From Chiloscyllium plagiosum (taxonomy: Eukaryota): a stretch of 64,000 nt of DNA. Below are positions 13,290 through 25,514 of this stretch, piece after piece (the first letter of the stretch is position 1; each line of letters opens with the position of its first letter). Made by a program: the position numbers and the translations under genes. The notes beneath the pieces are model-generated. The model saw only the letters and a program-made list of their open reading frames with translations, was not told where the DNA came from and did no database searches. Location of the stretch: positions 18,415,185 to 18,479,184 of the forward strand of contig NC_057751.1 of assembly GCF_004010195.1 (NCBI RefSeq), given 5' to 3'.

Positions 13290-15416
13290 CGATGGAATGG
13301 GATAACCATATATACTGTAGGGCAAGGGTTATAAAAGGGGGAATGGCAATTATGATGCTATTAAGCAAGATGTAGGATGCATAGGATGAGGAAGAAAACT
13401 ATAAGGGATGGGCAAAATTGAAGTGTAAAGCTAATTCAAGGAACAGCTCCTGCGTGTCTTTGGTAAGTATGCATCCGTCAGGCAGGGAGAAAGTTGTCGA
13501 TCGAGGGAAATGACGTTTACTAAAGAGGTTTTCGCTCTTGTCAAGAGGAAGAAGCAGGCACATGTAAAGATGAGATGTGAAGGCTCGGCTAGGGTGTTTG
13601 AGATTTACAAGAAGGACTAAAGAGAAAGCTAACAAAGAGCCAGGAGGGGACAAGAAGCTTGTTGGCGAATAGGGTCAAGGAAAACACTAAGGACTAAAAG
13701 AATGACTCGAGTAAGATTATGACCAATGAAGGATAGTAATAGAAAATTGTGCGTAGAGTCAGATGAGATGGAGAAGCGATAAATTAATATGTTTCGTCAG
13801 TATTCTCACTGGAATGAGACAATTCTGTTAAGGAGAATACTGAGATTCAGGCTCCTAGTTTAGATGGGATTGAGGTTCACAGGGGAAAACTGTTAGCAAT
13901 TCTGGAAAGTTTGAAAATCGGTAAGGCCCCTGGGCTGGATGTGATTTATCCTCGATTTCTCTGGGAAGCCAGGAGGAGATTGCAGAGCCTTTGGCTTTGT
14001 TCTCTATGTCGTCATTTTCTACAAGAATAATGCCAGAAGACTGGAGGCCAGCAAATGTCATCTCCTTTTTCAAAAAGGAGAGTAGAGACATCCTGGAAAT
14101 TACAGACCAGTTGTGGGTAAAGTGTTGGAAAATGTTAAAGGAGAGATGACTTATAATCATCTAGAAAGGAATAAGTAGATTCGAAATAGTCAATACGGTT
14201 TAGTAAAGGGTAGGTCGTGCCTCAGAAACCATATTGAGTTATTTGAGAAGGTGACAAAACAGGTGAATGAGGGTAAAGCGTTCGATGAAATGCATATGGA
14301 TTTCAACAAGGCGTTTAGTAAGATTCCCCACGGTGGGCTATTACACAAAATTGGAAAACATAGGATTGAGGCTGATTTAGCGGTTTGGATCAGAGTTTTC
14401 CTAGCTGAAAGAAGTCAGAGCGTGGTGGATCATGGGAAATATTCATCCTGGAGTTCAGTTACTCGTGACGTTATGCTCGAACGCTTTTGGGGCCACTGCT
14501 GTTTGTCGTATTTCTGAGTGACCTGGATGAAAGCTTAGAAGGATGCATTAGTAAATTTGCGGATGACACTAAGTTTGGTAGTGGGTAGTGCCGAAACATG
14601 CTGCAGGTTACAAAGGCAAGCAGATAAGCTGCAGAGCTGGGCTGAGAGGAGCTGAGTGCGGAAAAGTGTGAGGTGATTCACTTTGGAAGGAGCAGCAGGA
14701 ATGCAGTGTATTGGGTTAATGATCAGATTCTTGGAGCGTAGATGAGCAGAGTGATCTCTGTGGACATGTACATAGATCGCTGAAAGTTGCCACACAGGAT
14801 GGTAAGGTTGTTAAGAAGGCATAGAGTGTGCTATCTTTTATTAGTAGAGGGATTGCATTCCATAGCCGCGAGGTATTGCTGCAGCTGTAGAAAACGCTGG
14901 TGCGACCACACTTGGTGTATTGCATGCGGTTCTGGCCACCGCATTACAGGAAACATATGGAAGCTTTGGAAATGGTTCAGACGTGATTGACTCGAATGTT
15001 GTCTGTGTGGAGGGAAGGTCTTACGTGGAAAGGCTGAGGGTCTTGCTGCTGTTTTTCGTTGGAGCGAACAGATTTGAGAGTTGACTTAATTGAGACATAT
15101 AAGATAATCATAAGATGCTCTTTAGAGTGGAAAGCCTTTTCCTCAGATCGTGATGGCCGAGAGGGAACAAAGCTAAAAATTTAAATGTGATAGATACAGC
15201 ACAGATGTCAGAGGTAGTTTGTTTACTCGGAAAGATGAAGTGGCGTGGAACTGCCTGCAACAGTAGTAGACTCACCAACTTTCTGGACATTTTAAATGGT
15301 CAATGAATAATTATTGGGATGAAAGTGGACCAGTGTAAGTTAGATTGATTTCGCAGGTTGGTGCGACATTCTGCGCTGAAAGGCTGCACTGTAATGTTCT
15401 ATGTTCTATGTTCTCT
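13290..15416 (+). mobile_element. Decayed CR1 LINE (ORF2 linker, RT, 3' tail)
   Basis: MDFNKAFSKIPH, KFADDTK (AAATTTGCGGATGACACTAAG ~14553), tail TTCTATGTTCTATGTTCT ~15398-15415; many stops. Confidence 0.9.
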
Positions 15417-16069
15417 CAATGTGCAGTGAAGCCTCTGAACTAACTGTGTTGTTAATGTAGAATCCCCTTACCCAAAGGTATGAAAACAAGGGGAAATCGT
15501 CAAAAGTATGAGTGGCCTGTCGCTCTATAAAAGTCGTTATATGGTCAGGCAAAAAATATATCACGAGATAAGGGAGCACTTTAATCATGATTAAATCTAT
15601 TCCTCATGTAGGTAACAATATTCAAGTTGCCAGGGGTCTGGGAAAATTTCCCAAAACCAAACATTCTGGATCCATCCTACGAGCAGCCTAGTTTGAATCT
15701 GGGGAAGACTGCTTGACTGCAGAGTTTCACAAAATGACCACAAAACAAATATCCTTTAGGGAACTGTGTCCGTAACATGGGACACTTTAGCATTCAGTTT
15801 GAGAGGGATAAGCTTGCCTTGGAAAAAATTGTGCTCAGCTTAAATATGGAGAACTTCAACGAAATGAGGACAGAACGAAGAAAGACAATAGCACCAATGA
15901 TGTTTGAGGAAGATTGACAGACATTCAAAAAATACTCATGGCACAACGCAAAGCTTTATCTCAGAATTTCTTTTAATTGTACCCAGAAGAGACCTAAGGG
16001 GCAACGTTTTCACACAAAGTGTGGTACGTGTCTGGAATGAGCTTCCAGAGGAAGTGGTGGAGGCTTTTA

Positions 16070-16581
16070 AACATTGGTTATGCATCTCCTACGCATTAAC
16101 AATATGCTGATCTGATAAAGCCCCTATTAAACTTACAGCAAATCAATTTTCAAAACCTGTTCATAGCAGCCGATTCTCTTCCATGTTTAGATCTTCATGG
16201 GTCATCTTCTGTGCTCTGCTTCACAGATATTTCATATGAGAAAGGTATCTTTCAGAGAGGGTTAGCAGAGAATCTATCGACAGCAGTCGGTGCTCTTTCT
16301 GTCGCTAACTGTATAAAACGTTGGCTTTTTTTTCACCAAAATGTAGAATCGTCTCATTGGTCAATGTTGTCAAAACAGTAAAATTCAAATTCGATAGAGC
16401 ATAATTTAAACTGGTTAAATCCGAACTGCTGTGAAAACATATCAAGTTCAGGTATTTGTTTCACAGCCAAATGTTACATACTTTCAATTTTCCAACACAC
16501 TATGACTTCTATCAGTCACAAGGCAGGTGCCTGCATTCACTCTCTCTTAAAGGTATAGTGTACGCCTTCAACTTCATAACA
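16070..16581 (-). repeat. Partial solo LTR of the same family as 5849-6589
   Basis: Reverse complement starts TGTTATGAAGTTGAAGGCGTACACTATACCTTTAAGAGAGA versus TGTTATGAAGTAGTAGGCGTGTACTGTACCTTTAGGAGAGA at 5849; internal TTTGGCTGTG..ATACCTGA and ATCGAATTTGAATTT blocks also shared. Confidence 0.8.
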
Positions 16582-16934
16582 ATTCAGATTTAGAATGTTG
16601 TGTCTAATGCATATTTAGTTCAACTGCAAATTCAGGATTTTAGTCCAGTGATAACTGTGGCAATTGCTATAAAGTGGACTAAACCCCCTCAGAACTTTCC
16701 AAGGATGTACCCCAGACATTAACTTTTATTGATTTAAAGGAATGTGCAATATTCCATATGTGATTCAATAGGTCGAACTAATAGACGTTGTACAAAACAT
16801 GCTTTATTTTTACCCCACAGATAAAAATATTTGACATAGCTTTAATTCTGTTGAAATGCTTAACAAAAGAATATATATTATTCCATTATTAATCATCAAA
16901 TGTCCCCATATAACAGCATCACATAAACACATGA

Positions 16935-17065
16935 GTTGTGACATAGTATCACTGGGCACGAAACGGTTACATCAGATTTTTCTCCACAGGCGTTGCTAGA
17001 CTTGCTTAGAGTTTTTCAGCAATTTCTATTGTTGTTCCCGTAAACACCGATGCAGTTTTTTTTTC
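16935..17065 (+). mobile_element. Degraded Penelope-type terminal fragment
   Basis: CGAAACGG..TTTCTCCACAG..GCTAGACTTGCT..GTTTTTCAGCAATTTCT resembles the PLE tails elsewhere; a related inverted piece lies at ~25270-25345. Confidence 0.45.
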
Positions 17066-17994
17066 AACTCTATCTCCAGTTATGGAAAAAGGAACATCTA
17101 AAAACCAACTCACTCGCAGCAGAGAGCTAACACAGCTTTTTTTGTTTGGCAGAAGAAACATAGCTGTATCTATTATCTTCAATCTCGCTCCAAGCCCCAT
17201 CATCAACTTATGTTCAAAGCAAACTGAATACTTTGGTTCTGTGAGATCTTGGCTCTGTCCACACATGTTGCTTTTGTTTTATTGAAGCAAACATCTTACC
17301 GAGCTCAACGCTTTTTAACCACTGCTTCTGGAACAGAAATTCCAGTAGTATTCCAGCAACACCTCCCTGAAAAAGAAATACCACACAAAAAATTGCCTTA
17401 AACGCATAATACATTACAAAGAGACAGACAATGAACTTTCTTCACATTGCTCAGTGCCTGAGTTCACCACATCTGTCACATATTTACTGGATATTAACTA
17501 AACATTCTTGTGAAGTTTCGTCAAGGTCATATTACGTATCCGTTGCTTGCACATACTGAGGCACTTCATGCCCAAAAGTAGCAAAGACTGGATAATACCT
17601 CGTCATGATGTGGAAATTGTCAGTTCACATTCGCTTCACACAAATGCCAGGAAATGACCAGATCCAACAAAGTGGGATCCGACTATTATCTTTCGAACAT
17701 CTCCAAATCACCTCGCCATCAACATCGTGGTTTTACCTTTAAAACAGATTTTACAATCGCCCCGAGGCATTCACTGCCATCACCGAATTCCCAGAATAAT
17801 AATGTAGATTAAGTTTGATCAGAAACTGAACTGGATTTGCCATCTAAATACACTGACTACCAGAGCAAACAGTGAATCATGCAGTGCCGAACATGCCTTC
17901 CCACTTGACAAAGTCTACCCACTATTGACAAAACACAATCTGCAATACTTCGTATATGATTGAACGCTTGTTCAATAATATTTAAGCAATTTCA

Positions 17995-18445
17995 GCGATA
18001 TGCTGGTACAACAGTTAACACTGCTGCTTCACAGTGCTATAGACTCAGCATGTGCTCCCTGTGTTTGCATGCAATTTTTTTTCTGGGTGGTCTCGTTTCT
18101 GACCACATTCCGAAGATGTGCAGTCAGTTGAAATACACATTTTTAAATTGCCTATAGTGTTCAGGGATGTGCCTGCGGGAATAGATAGGTAGCATAATAG
18201 GGTAAGGAATGAGGTAGGTTAAAACAAGGACTACAGATGCTGGAAACCAGAGTCTAGATTAGAGAGATGCTGGAAAAGCACAGCAGGTGAGGCCGCATCC
18301 AAGGAGCCGGAAAATGGACGTTTCGGGCAAAAACTCTTCATCAGGAATAGAGGGTAAGGAATGAGTATAGGATGGGTACTGTTCAGAGTTTTGATATGGA
18401 TTTGTTCGGATAAATGGATTGTTTCCACACTGCATGGATTCTATC
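17995..18445 (+). mobile_element. HE1-type SINE split by a PLE-tail insertion
   Basis: GTTAACACTGCTGCTTCACAGTG head, CCGAAGATGTGCAG body, TGTTTCCACACTG tail; interrupted at 18214-18350. Confidence 0.7.
18214..18350 (-). mobile_element. 137-bp Penelope family-1 tail insertion carrying a hammerhead core
   Basis: Perfect 15-bp TSD AGGGTAAGGAATGAG (18199-18213 / 18351-18365); minus strand reads ATTC-CTGATGA-AGAGTTTTTGCCC-GAAA-CGTC; homologous to 44915-45049. Confidence 0.85.
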
Positions 18446-18966
18446 ACTACGTATGTTTGATGGCATCCAGGTCAAAGTAGTTGGCTTCTTTGTCAACACT
18501 TCCATTTAATTCAACCCCCCCCCCCCCCCCCCAACGCCAGTGCTCAGTAGCAGCATTTTGAAGTGCAGATATTCATCGAAATTGTAAAGACAGAATTTTC
18601 CAAATCCTTCTATATCAAAAACAACAAGTCTGATGGATACTTGAGAACTCCACACATAGGTTCCCTCCAAGCGTTGCATAAATTGCATTTGCAAATCAAT
18701 TAATGTTCCTTAACATTCAATGGATGGGACACTGCATTGGCTTTGAGCAGTGTACTTCATTCTGATTTAGTTTTATATGAATTAAGGTTGCGATGGAGGT
18801 GGCAAGTGCTCTGCTTCAGGCCAATGAAATAAACTTTGTATGCGCTCTTGTATTTATTTTGAAACAAGAGAAAAAGTCTGAAAGGGTGAGATAAAGTTCC
18901 CACAGACCACAGTTTTAGTTTTAGATTTCAGTAGCTGTTGTGCTGTTGTGGCTGTGCAAATCACAA

Positions 18967-18968
<2 letters not shown>

Positions 18969-19015
<47 letters not shown>
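18969..19015. repeat. (CT)n microsatellite
   Basis: Pure CT run seen directly. Confidence 0.95.
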
Positions 19016-19017
<2 letters not shown>

Positions 19018-19142
19018 CCCCTCCCCACCCCTCATCTAAGAGCTGGGTTCACGTTCTGCTGCCAGAATTGCGAGTGAGGCAATCTATGCTATTGGAAGTG
19101 GTTTTGTCCAGGTTATGTTTGAATAGTTAATCACAGTTTATT

Positions 19143-20510
19143 TGTAGGTCAGCCAGTTGGACGTCATAGAATATAAATAAATCTGGTCCAGCCAGGGAGC
19201 CCTGGCTGACAGATACCAACAAAAGTGTGAGAGATTCTTTTCACTCTGAGAACTGGCTCTGAATAGTGTCAAGTGTAAGACATCTATAATAAAGAGTGAT
19301 GTTGTTGACAGGAGACTGGCCTCGATGAACAAATTTCAGTGCCAAAAAAAATGATTGCTAAATAAGACCGGATGTAGGTTTGTTCACTGACCTGGAAGGT
19401 TCACTTTCAGGCGTTTCATCACCATACTAGGTAATATCATCAGTGAGCCTCCAGATGGAGGCTTCATCCAGAGGCTGATTGATGATCTTACCTGGTTTGG
19501 TGAAAACGAACCTTCCAGCTCAACGAGCAAACCTACATCTAGAACCTCAACCTGAGCTACAAATCTTCGCAAAACTCACTACCTAAGACATTCGCATAAA
19601 CAGTAGTCCTTTATTTGGGGGAAGCATTTTAAGTATCATGCCAATATTTGGAAACTTGACAAATTAGAACTTGCATTGGAAGAATCGGCTCAGTAATCGA
19701 AAAGCATGCGTTACAGTTTCTGGGCAAATGACATTGGGGAAGATGTAAAGCAGAGAGTAATTCACCTCGACAGCTGGCAGCCCCATCGCATTTTGCGGTA
19801 TTCGGAGCCTAACCCTCCCTGAGGAAGCAAGCACTGAAGTTTTTCCAGAGTTGACATGTTTACTTCAGGAATATCACGACACCAAGTGTCCTCTAATTCT
19901 AAGACCCAGATGCTTAACTGTTTAGATCGAGAAGTCAGAAAATCCATGTCGAGATATGTGACGAGTATGAGAAGACTGTCAGAGGCATTTGACTTCGATT
20001 TAAACATTAATGAGATGATGAGATAACGGTTGGCATGTCGGATTAATGATGTAAGCATGCAAACGCTGCTACTAGCTGAAGGCCAACTCGACATTAAACA
20101 GGCACTACAATTGGTGGCATATGGAGTATGTGCATACGGGTATGCTGAAAGAAGTGGTCGCCCTTGTCAGTCCAAATGAGCTGGAGCGAAAGACAGTTGC
20201 TTACCCTCACTCAGGACCAATCCTGAACAGAGGAACTTCAGGTCAGCACACATCACAACCCCAAAACAAAGCCAAACCTCAGCTAAATTGTGTGCACACT
20301 TCCGTGCAAGTGGCACCAGTAGGTGGGACCAGGCCCTGTCATTTCGTCTTGCTTTTCCAATCGCTGATCTCAATAACTCGCGGCCAGACATTGCCAAGAC
20401 AACAACTCCATTCGGGCGAACATAGTTTGTCCATTACACACGGGAAACAAAATGGCAGCTTTCCCAACAGAGGAAAGGGTGCGGGGAAGGGTGTTTATGA
20501 CTAAATATGA
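19143..20510 (+). mobile_element. Second Gypsy-family LTR element fragment (short LTR + decayed gag)
   Basis: TGT..TTTCA LTR-like block (~19143-19338) with AATAAA; gag-like MPIFGNL (~19638) and RRLSEAFDFDLNINEMMR*RLACRIND..LLAEGQLDIKQALQL (~19970-20115). Confidence 0.6.
19369..19578. mobile_element. Palindromic Penelope family-3 terminal element with hammerhead-like core
   Basis: Inverted arms GATGTAGGTTTGTTC..CTGGAAGGTTC / GAACCTTCCAG..GAGCAAACCTACATC; imperfect TSD CTAAATAAGAC/CTACCTAAGAC (19358-19368 / 19579-19589). Confidence 0.7.
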
Positions 20511-20529
20511 GCTGAATGATCTCAATTTA

Positions 20530-21049
20530 AATTCACTCCTTCCTATCGGAAGGATGTTGTGAATGCTGAAATGGTTCAGAAAGGATTTACAAGAATGTTG
20601 CCAGAGTTGGAGGATTTGAGGTATAGGGAGAGGTTAAATAGGTTGTGACTGTTTTCCCTGGAGTGTCGGAGGCTGAAGGGAGACACTATGAGGATTTATA
20701 AAATCATGACAGGCTTGGATTAAGTAAATAGACAAAGTATTTTCCCTGGGGTGGGGGAGTCCAGAACTCGAGGACATATGCTGAGGCTGAAACGGGAAAG
20801 ATATAAAAGAGACATAAGAGGCAAATTTTTCACGCAGAATGTGGTACGTGTATGGAATGAGCTGCCAGACGACGTGGTGTAGGCTAGTAAAATTGTAACA
20901 TTTAAAAGGAATCTGGATGGGTATATGAAATGGAGAGATATGGGCCAGGTGCTGGCAAGTGGCACTAGATTAGGCTGGGATATCTGTTCGGCATGGACAG
21001 GTTGGACCAAAGGGTCTGTTTCCGTGCTGTACATCTCTATGACTCTATG
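20530..21049 (+). mobile_element. CR1 3' fragment
   Basis: Colinear with 34850-35375; ends CTCTATGACTCTATG. Confidence 0.9.
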
Positions 21050-22124
21050 GTCCAGTGCCATCTTCCACGAATTTTCCTTCCCTTGCCCTCTGGTGGTAAT
21101 TGGGAGTTCGTCACATTGACCTAATGTGGTCTGAACCATCGATTCACCTATTATCTTCTACAAACAGACAACTTTGCGAATGGATGTGGTTATTGGAACG
21201 TCTCTCAGTCATTCTGTTCAACTGCTTGTACAAGTTGGTGCTCCAGATGGGAAAAGCTGAACGCTTAGTGAGAAATGGTGGTTGCCTCAAAGTCTTGGGA
21301 GGCCATTAACGCTGAGTTACCTTTGGTTGTGGATGACCACAGCCGGATCCAAACTACAACAGCTAAGGCAGAATGCATCCCTCCAGCAAGCAGCTTCGCT
21401 TAACAACAAGCTGGGATGCAACTTTTAACATCGGTTCATCTCGGGCTAGACTGATAACTAAATGGATGGTCTGCATTTCTTCAACTGGATTGTGAGACTC
21501 TGAGTAAGCAGCAGTGAACTGTGAAACCCATATTATTAGTAGGCATTGCTCATCAAAGCCAGCATTAAGGAAACGATGATGAACACGTTGGAAACTCACA
21601 GAAGTGATTGCAGCAGTTGATAAAATGAAAGAACCTGTCTCATCCAAATTCCGTTTCTTTTACTTTTATAGGACACATCTTGTTCAGGTTTCAATCCTCC
21701 TCTCCCCTGTCATTCTATTTGAAACCGTCCCTAAAATTGCCCATGGTAATATCTCCTGCGTTATCAGCCCCTGCCCGGTTCTGACGATTCCACTCTGTGT
21801 TGGACCCATTTCACCCAGAACTGTTACCAGGATTGTCAAACTCGCACACACACCCCTCCCCCCTTCACTCTCATGCTTTTTCTTGGCCCAATATGTCCTT
21901 CTGTTTCTACACTTACTGGCAAGTGGCAGGTGGCGTCATCCTGGGATCATGTCCTTTGGGATCTCACTGCTTTCCGAACCCTCATTGTACGATTTTACGG
22001 ATTCGTCCCATTTTTGTATCCATTTCTTTGGTGCCAATGTGCCCCATAACCATTGGCTGTTCACACTCAACCACCCCCTCCCCATTGTTTCAGATTATCC
22101 TACAGCAGCTTTGAGACATCCTTT

Positions 22125-23278
22125 ATCTCGGCCTAAAAGTAGGCCTTTGATAAGCTTTGGCATATTAGGCTGTTCTGGATAGTTGGATGGCACGGAATCC
22201 TGGTAGAGCTTGCAAATTTGATACATAATTTGCTTGATAGTCGGATGCAGAGGGTAATAGTGGAAGGATGTTTGCGGGACTGGTGGCGTGTGACTAGTGG
22301 AGTGCCTTATGGATCGGAGTGGGCCCACTGCTGTTTATTATGCATATCAATCATTTGGATGAAAATCTAAAAGGCATGATTCATAACTTTGCAGGTAACA
22401 CTAAAATAGGAGGTTTCGTGGACAGTTAGGAAGATTATCAGAAATAGCAGCAGGTTCTTGATCAGCTGTGGAAGTGGGGTGAGAAATGGCACACGGATTT
22501 TATTATACACATGTGAGAGTTCTTTCAGTTTAGAAAGTCAAATCATGTTAGAATATTCATGGTGAATCAGTGCGTTGCAAGGAATGGAGTGGAACACAGA
22601 TTTCTTCAAGTTCAGATTCACAGTTCTCTGAAAGTGTTTTTGCAGACAGTTAAGAAGGCTTTGGTACCTTGGGTTTCATCAGTGAGGGCACTGAGTATCG
22701 AAGTTGGGAAATTATGTTATATTTGTATGTGAAGTTGGTGAGACTGTACTTGTAGTATTGTGTAGTGTTTCGGAAACCTTGCTTCTGTAAACATGTTATT
22801 GAACTGGAAAAAGTGACAAGAAATTAACGACGATGTTGCTCGGATTTAACGGTCTGAGTAATGGGGAAGTTCAGACAAGCTAGGACTTTTCTTTTTCAGA
22901 AGTAAGGAGACTGGGGGGACCTTATAAAGGTGTATAAATCATGACAGGCATGGGCAGGATGAATGCTTTTGTCCCACGTTTGGGAACACAAGGACTACAG
23001 GGCATCAATTTAAGGTTTAGGGGAACGAATAAAAGGGAACCTGAGTGTCAATATTTAATGAAGGTGATATGTATATGGAATGAGCTGCAAGCAGGAGAGG
23101 TAATGTGGTATATTAACAATAAGTAAAAGACATTTGTGCACATACATGCATAAAAATATTTTGGAAGGATATGGGACCACTGCAGGAAATAGGGATAGCG
23201 GTGATGAACGTTTTGCTCGGTCTGGGCTAGTTTGTAACAAGGGACCTATCTCCGGGCTATACACCCCTGACTCTGTGA
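22125..23278 (+). mobile_element. Older CR1 RT-3' fragment
   Basis: Degenerate KAFDK, SGVP.GS.VGPLLF, FAGNTKIGG; tail CTGACTCTGTGA. Confidence 0.75.
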
Positions 23279-24994
23279 CCAGTGGCCTCATACCTGCTTG
23301 GATCCTGGTTTGTAAACTTGGAAACGGCTGTGAATTGGAACACTGTTGCATTTCCCAAACATTTAACCCTTTCTCCCTGCAGCAGAGTAAACGATGAGGA
23401 ACGTTAGCAATTGACTGTTGCTTTTTTCGCCGTGAGACCCCATTGGCACTGCAACAGGATCCAACCTGCTTTCTGTATTTATGGGTTGCCGCGATCCTGC
23501 CTAGTCTTCTCACTCTGCCTGGTGGTTAACCACTTCCCTTCCTGCCCGTGCATTCTTACCCTGGTTTGTAATCCATTACCACACCCCTGTCCATACTACC
23601 CATGATTCCTTCAGCTTCAAGGACGGACCACCATTTAACTTGCCGCTGCTTCAGTTCCAATACCCTGTTCTTCCAAGAGCTGAAATTGTAGACACATCCT
23701 GCTTTCGTGATAAACCCTGAAATATTCATTGTTTCCTCCACATAGACTGGGAGGAGCTCCCCATCGCTTTCAGCTCTCCTGCCCCGCCTTTGCACTAACC
23801 TATAAAAAGTAGATCTTTAAATTAAACAATATGATTAGTTAATGGCCCCATCTTCCTTTGATCCTACACGCGATGATCCACAAAGTAAAGACTTCAGAAT
23901 TTCTATCGAAGGGCAGACCCTGAAAAACCGTTGCCTCAATTCATTCTCTCCCCAGCCAAGCCCCTCTGCCCTCGACGAGAATTCTTATTTTCAAGATGAG
24001 ATGGAAGTCGTCTTCTTTATCAGGCACGGATTTTGAAGGGGACATTGGAGCATGTGTCATCTCCCTCCCTGCAAAAACAATGCCCGAATTACAAAGCAGG
24101 GCAGAGGTGGGGAAACTAACCCCACTAACCATCAGACAAAGTGAGAAATCATCATTAGCTAGAAGGGTACAAGTCGCCAATTCAACAAGGGCTCGTAATT
24201 CGCTTTGATGATTAATTCTGAGGCAATGAGTGAAATGTCGCATCATCTTCAAAATGAAAATCTTGGATCAACCTGTCTGTCGGAGTAATATCAGCTGCAT
24301 ACGAAGAAAGGCAAGGTTTCTATTGATTATCATTCCCGTTTTGCTCTGCTCACTATTATTTCACTAGAAAGTGAAGATTTTTCTCAGAGTTACCTCCTGC
24401 TGTATAATCATGGAAGTCCATGTGCTTCTGATAGTCAGAAAGCAGCGAGGCCCATCTTTCTGTCGCTCCTTCTCTGCTTCTATCTGGGTAAGGTGCTAAG
24501 CCGTTTTAAAACTTTTTTTTTGTTTTTCATACATTAACAGGGTGGAAGGAGAGTGAGGAGATGTCCAGAGAACGCCTTGACAATCAACATTTGTCACTTA
24601 CCAATGCTTTGATGCTGATGGGAACTCATTGCTCTGTTGCTGCTCAGGGTGTAATCTCAAATGTTACCCGCTCAGTGACACTGATGGGAAAGTTGCCTGA
24701 CATTAAAGGTGTTTTATGATGCCAAGTTGTTGTTGTTTTATTTGATGTATTGCAGGCTCAGCCCATAATCCTTTTTTCTCTGGCTTGTCTGGAGATAAAG
24801 AAAGTACTTCAGCTTTGAGAGCAAATCATTGATTCGACACGGGACGACCAATAGCCTCTCTCTCTAATAACAAGAGAGTGAGTGATCCTTAGGCATGGTA
24901 ATAATATGGCAGATGGAGGGCCCACTCCACAACAACGTGGTGCGCTTCATACAAATGAAAATACTCAAGATAATGTAGGTCGGCAACGAAGATC

Positions 24995-25262
24995 AGCACA
25001 GTGGCGAGTACGGCTGTCTCACAGCACCAGGGATCAGTATTCGATTTAACCTTTGTGAGACTGACTGCGTGGAGTTTGTAATTCACCCCTTGTCTACCTC
25101 AGTTTTCTCCTTGTGCTCCAGTTTCCTCCCACGATCCAAAGATCTGCAGGCTTATTTGCTTGACCATTGGAATTACACGGTCACGGGAATAGAGTGGGAT
25201 GATATTTATAGGGTCAGTGTAGCCATGACGGGCCAAATTATCTCTGTCAACACAGTAGGGAA
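24995..25262 (+). mobile_element. HE1-type SINE
   Basis: GCACAGTGG..GCTGTCTCACAGCACCAGGG, GTGGAGTTTG, GTTTCCTCCCAC..TCCAAAGA. Confidence 0.65.
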
Positions 25263-25514
25263 TCAAGGACAACCAAAACTGCTGGAGAAACTCAGCCGGT
25301 CTGGTAGCATCTTTTCAGCAAGAAAGCAAAGTTAACTTTTCCGAAGGGGCACACATATGAAAATTTGTCTATCCTGCAGGGAATGCAGTGAATTAATAGC
25401 AAACCCTCCTGTATTTCTGTCGATATAAGTGGGCTTAGAAACTCCTTCAGATGTGGCATCAGAATAAACCTTCCATAAAACCCACGTAAAGAAATGTTTA
25501 ATATCCCAGTATAA

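Noticed and set aside
21604..22182. 192-aa ORF
   Set aside because: No recognisable domain or splice structure; pyrimidine-rich decayed repeat running into a CR1
23380..23975. Possible very old PLE RT fragment with a degenerate hammerhead near 23900
   Set aside because: Similarity too weak to support by eye; the CUGANGA core is not intact
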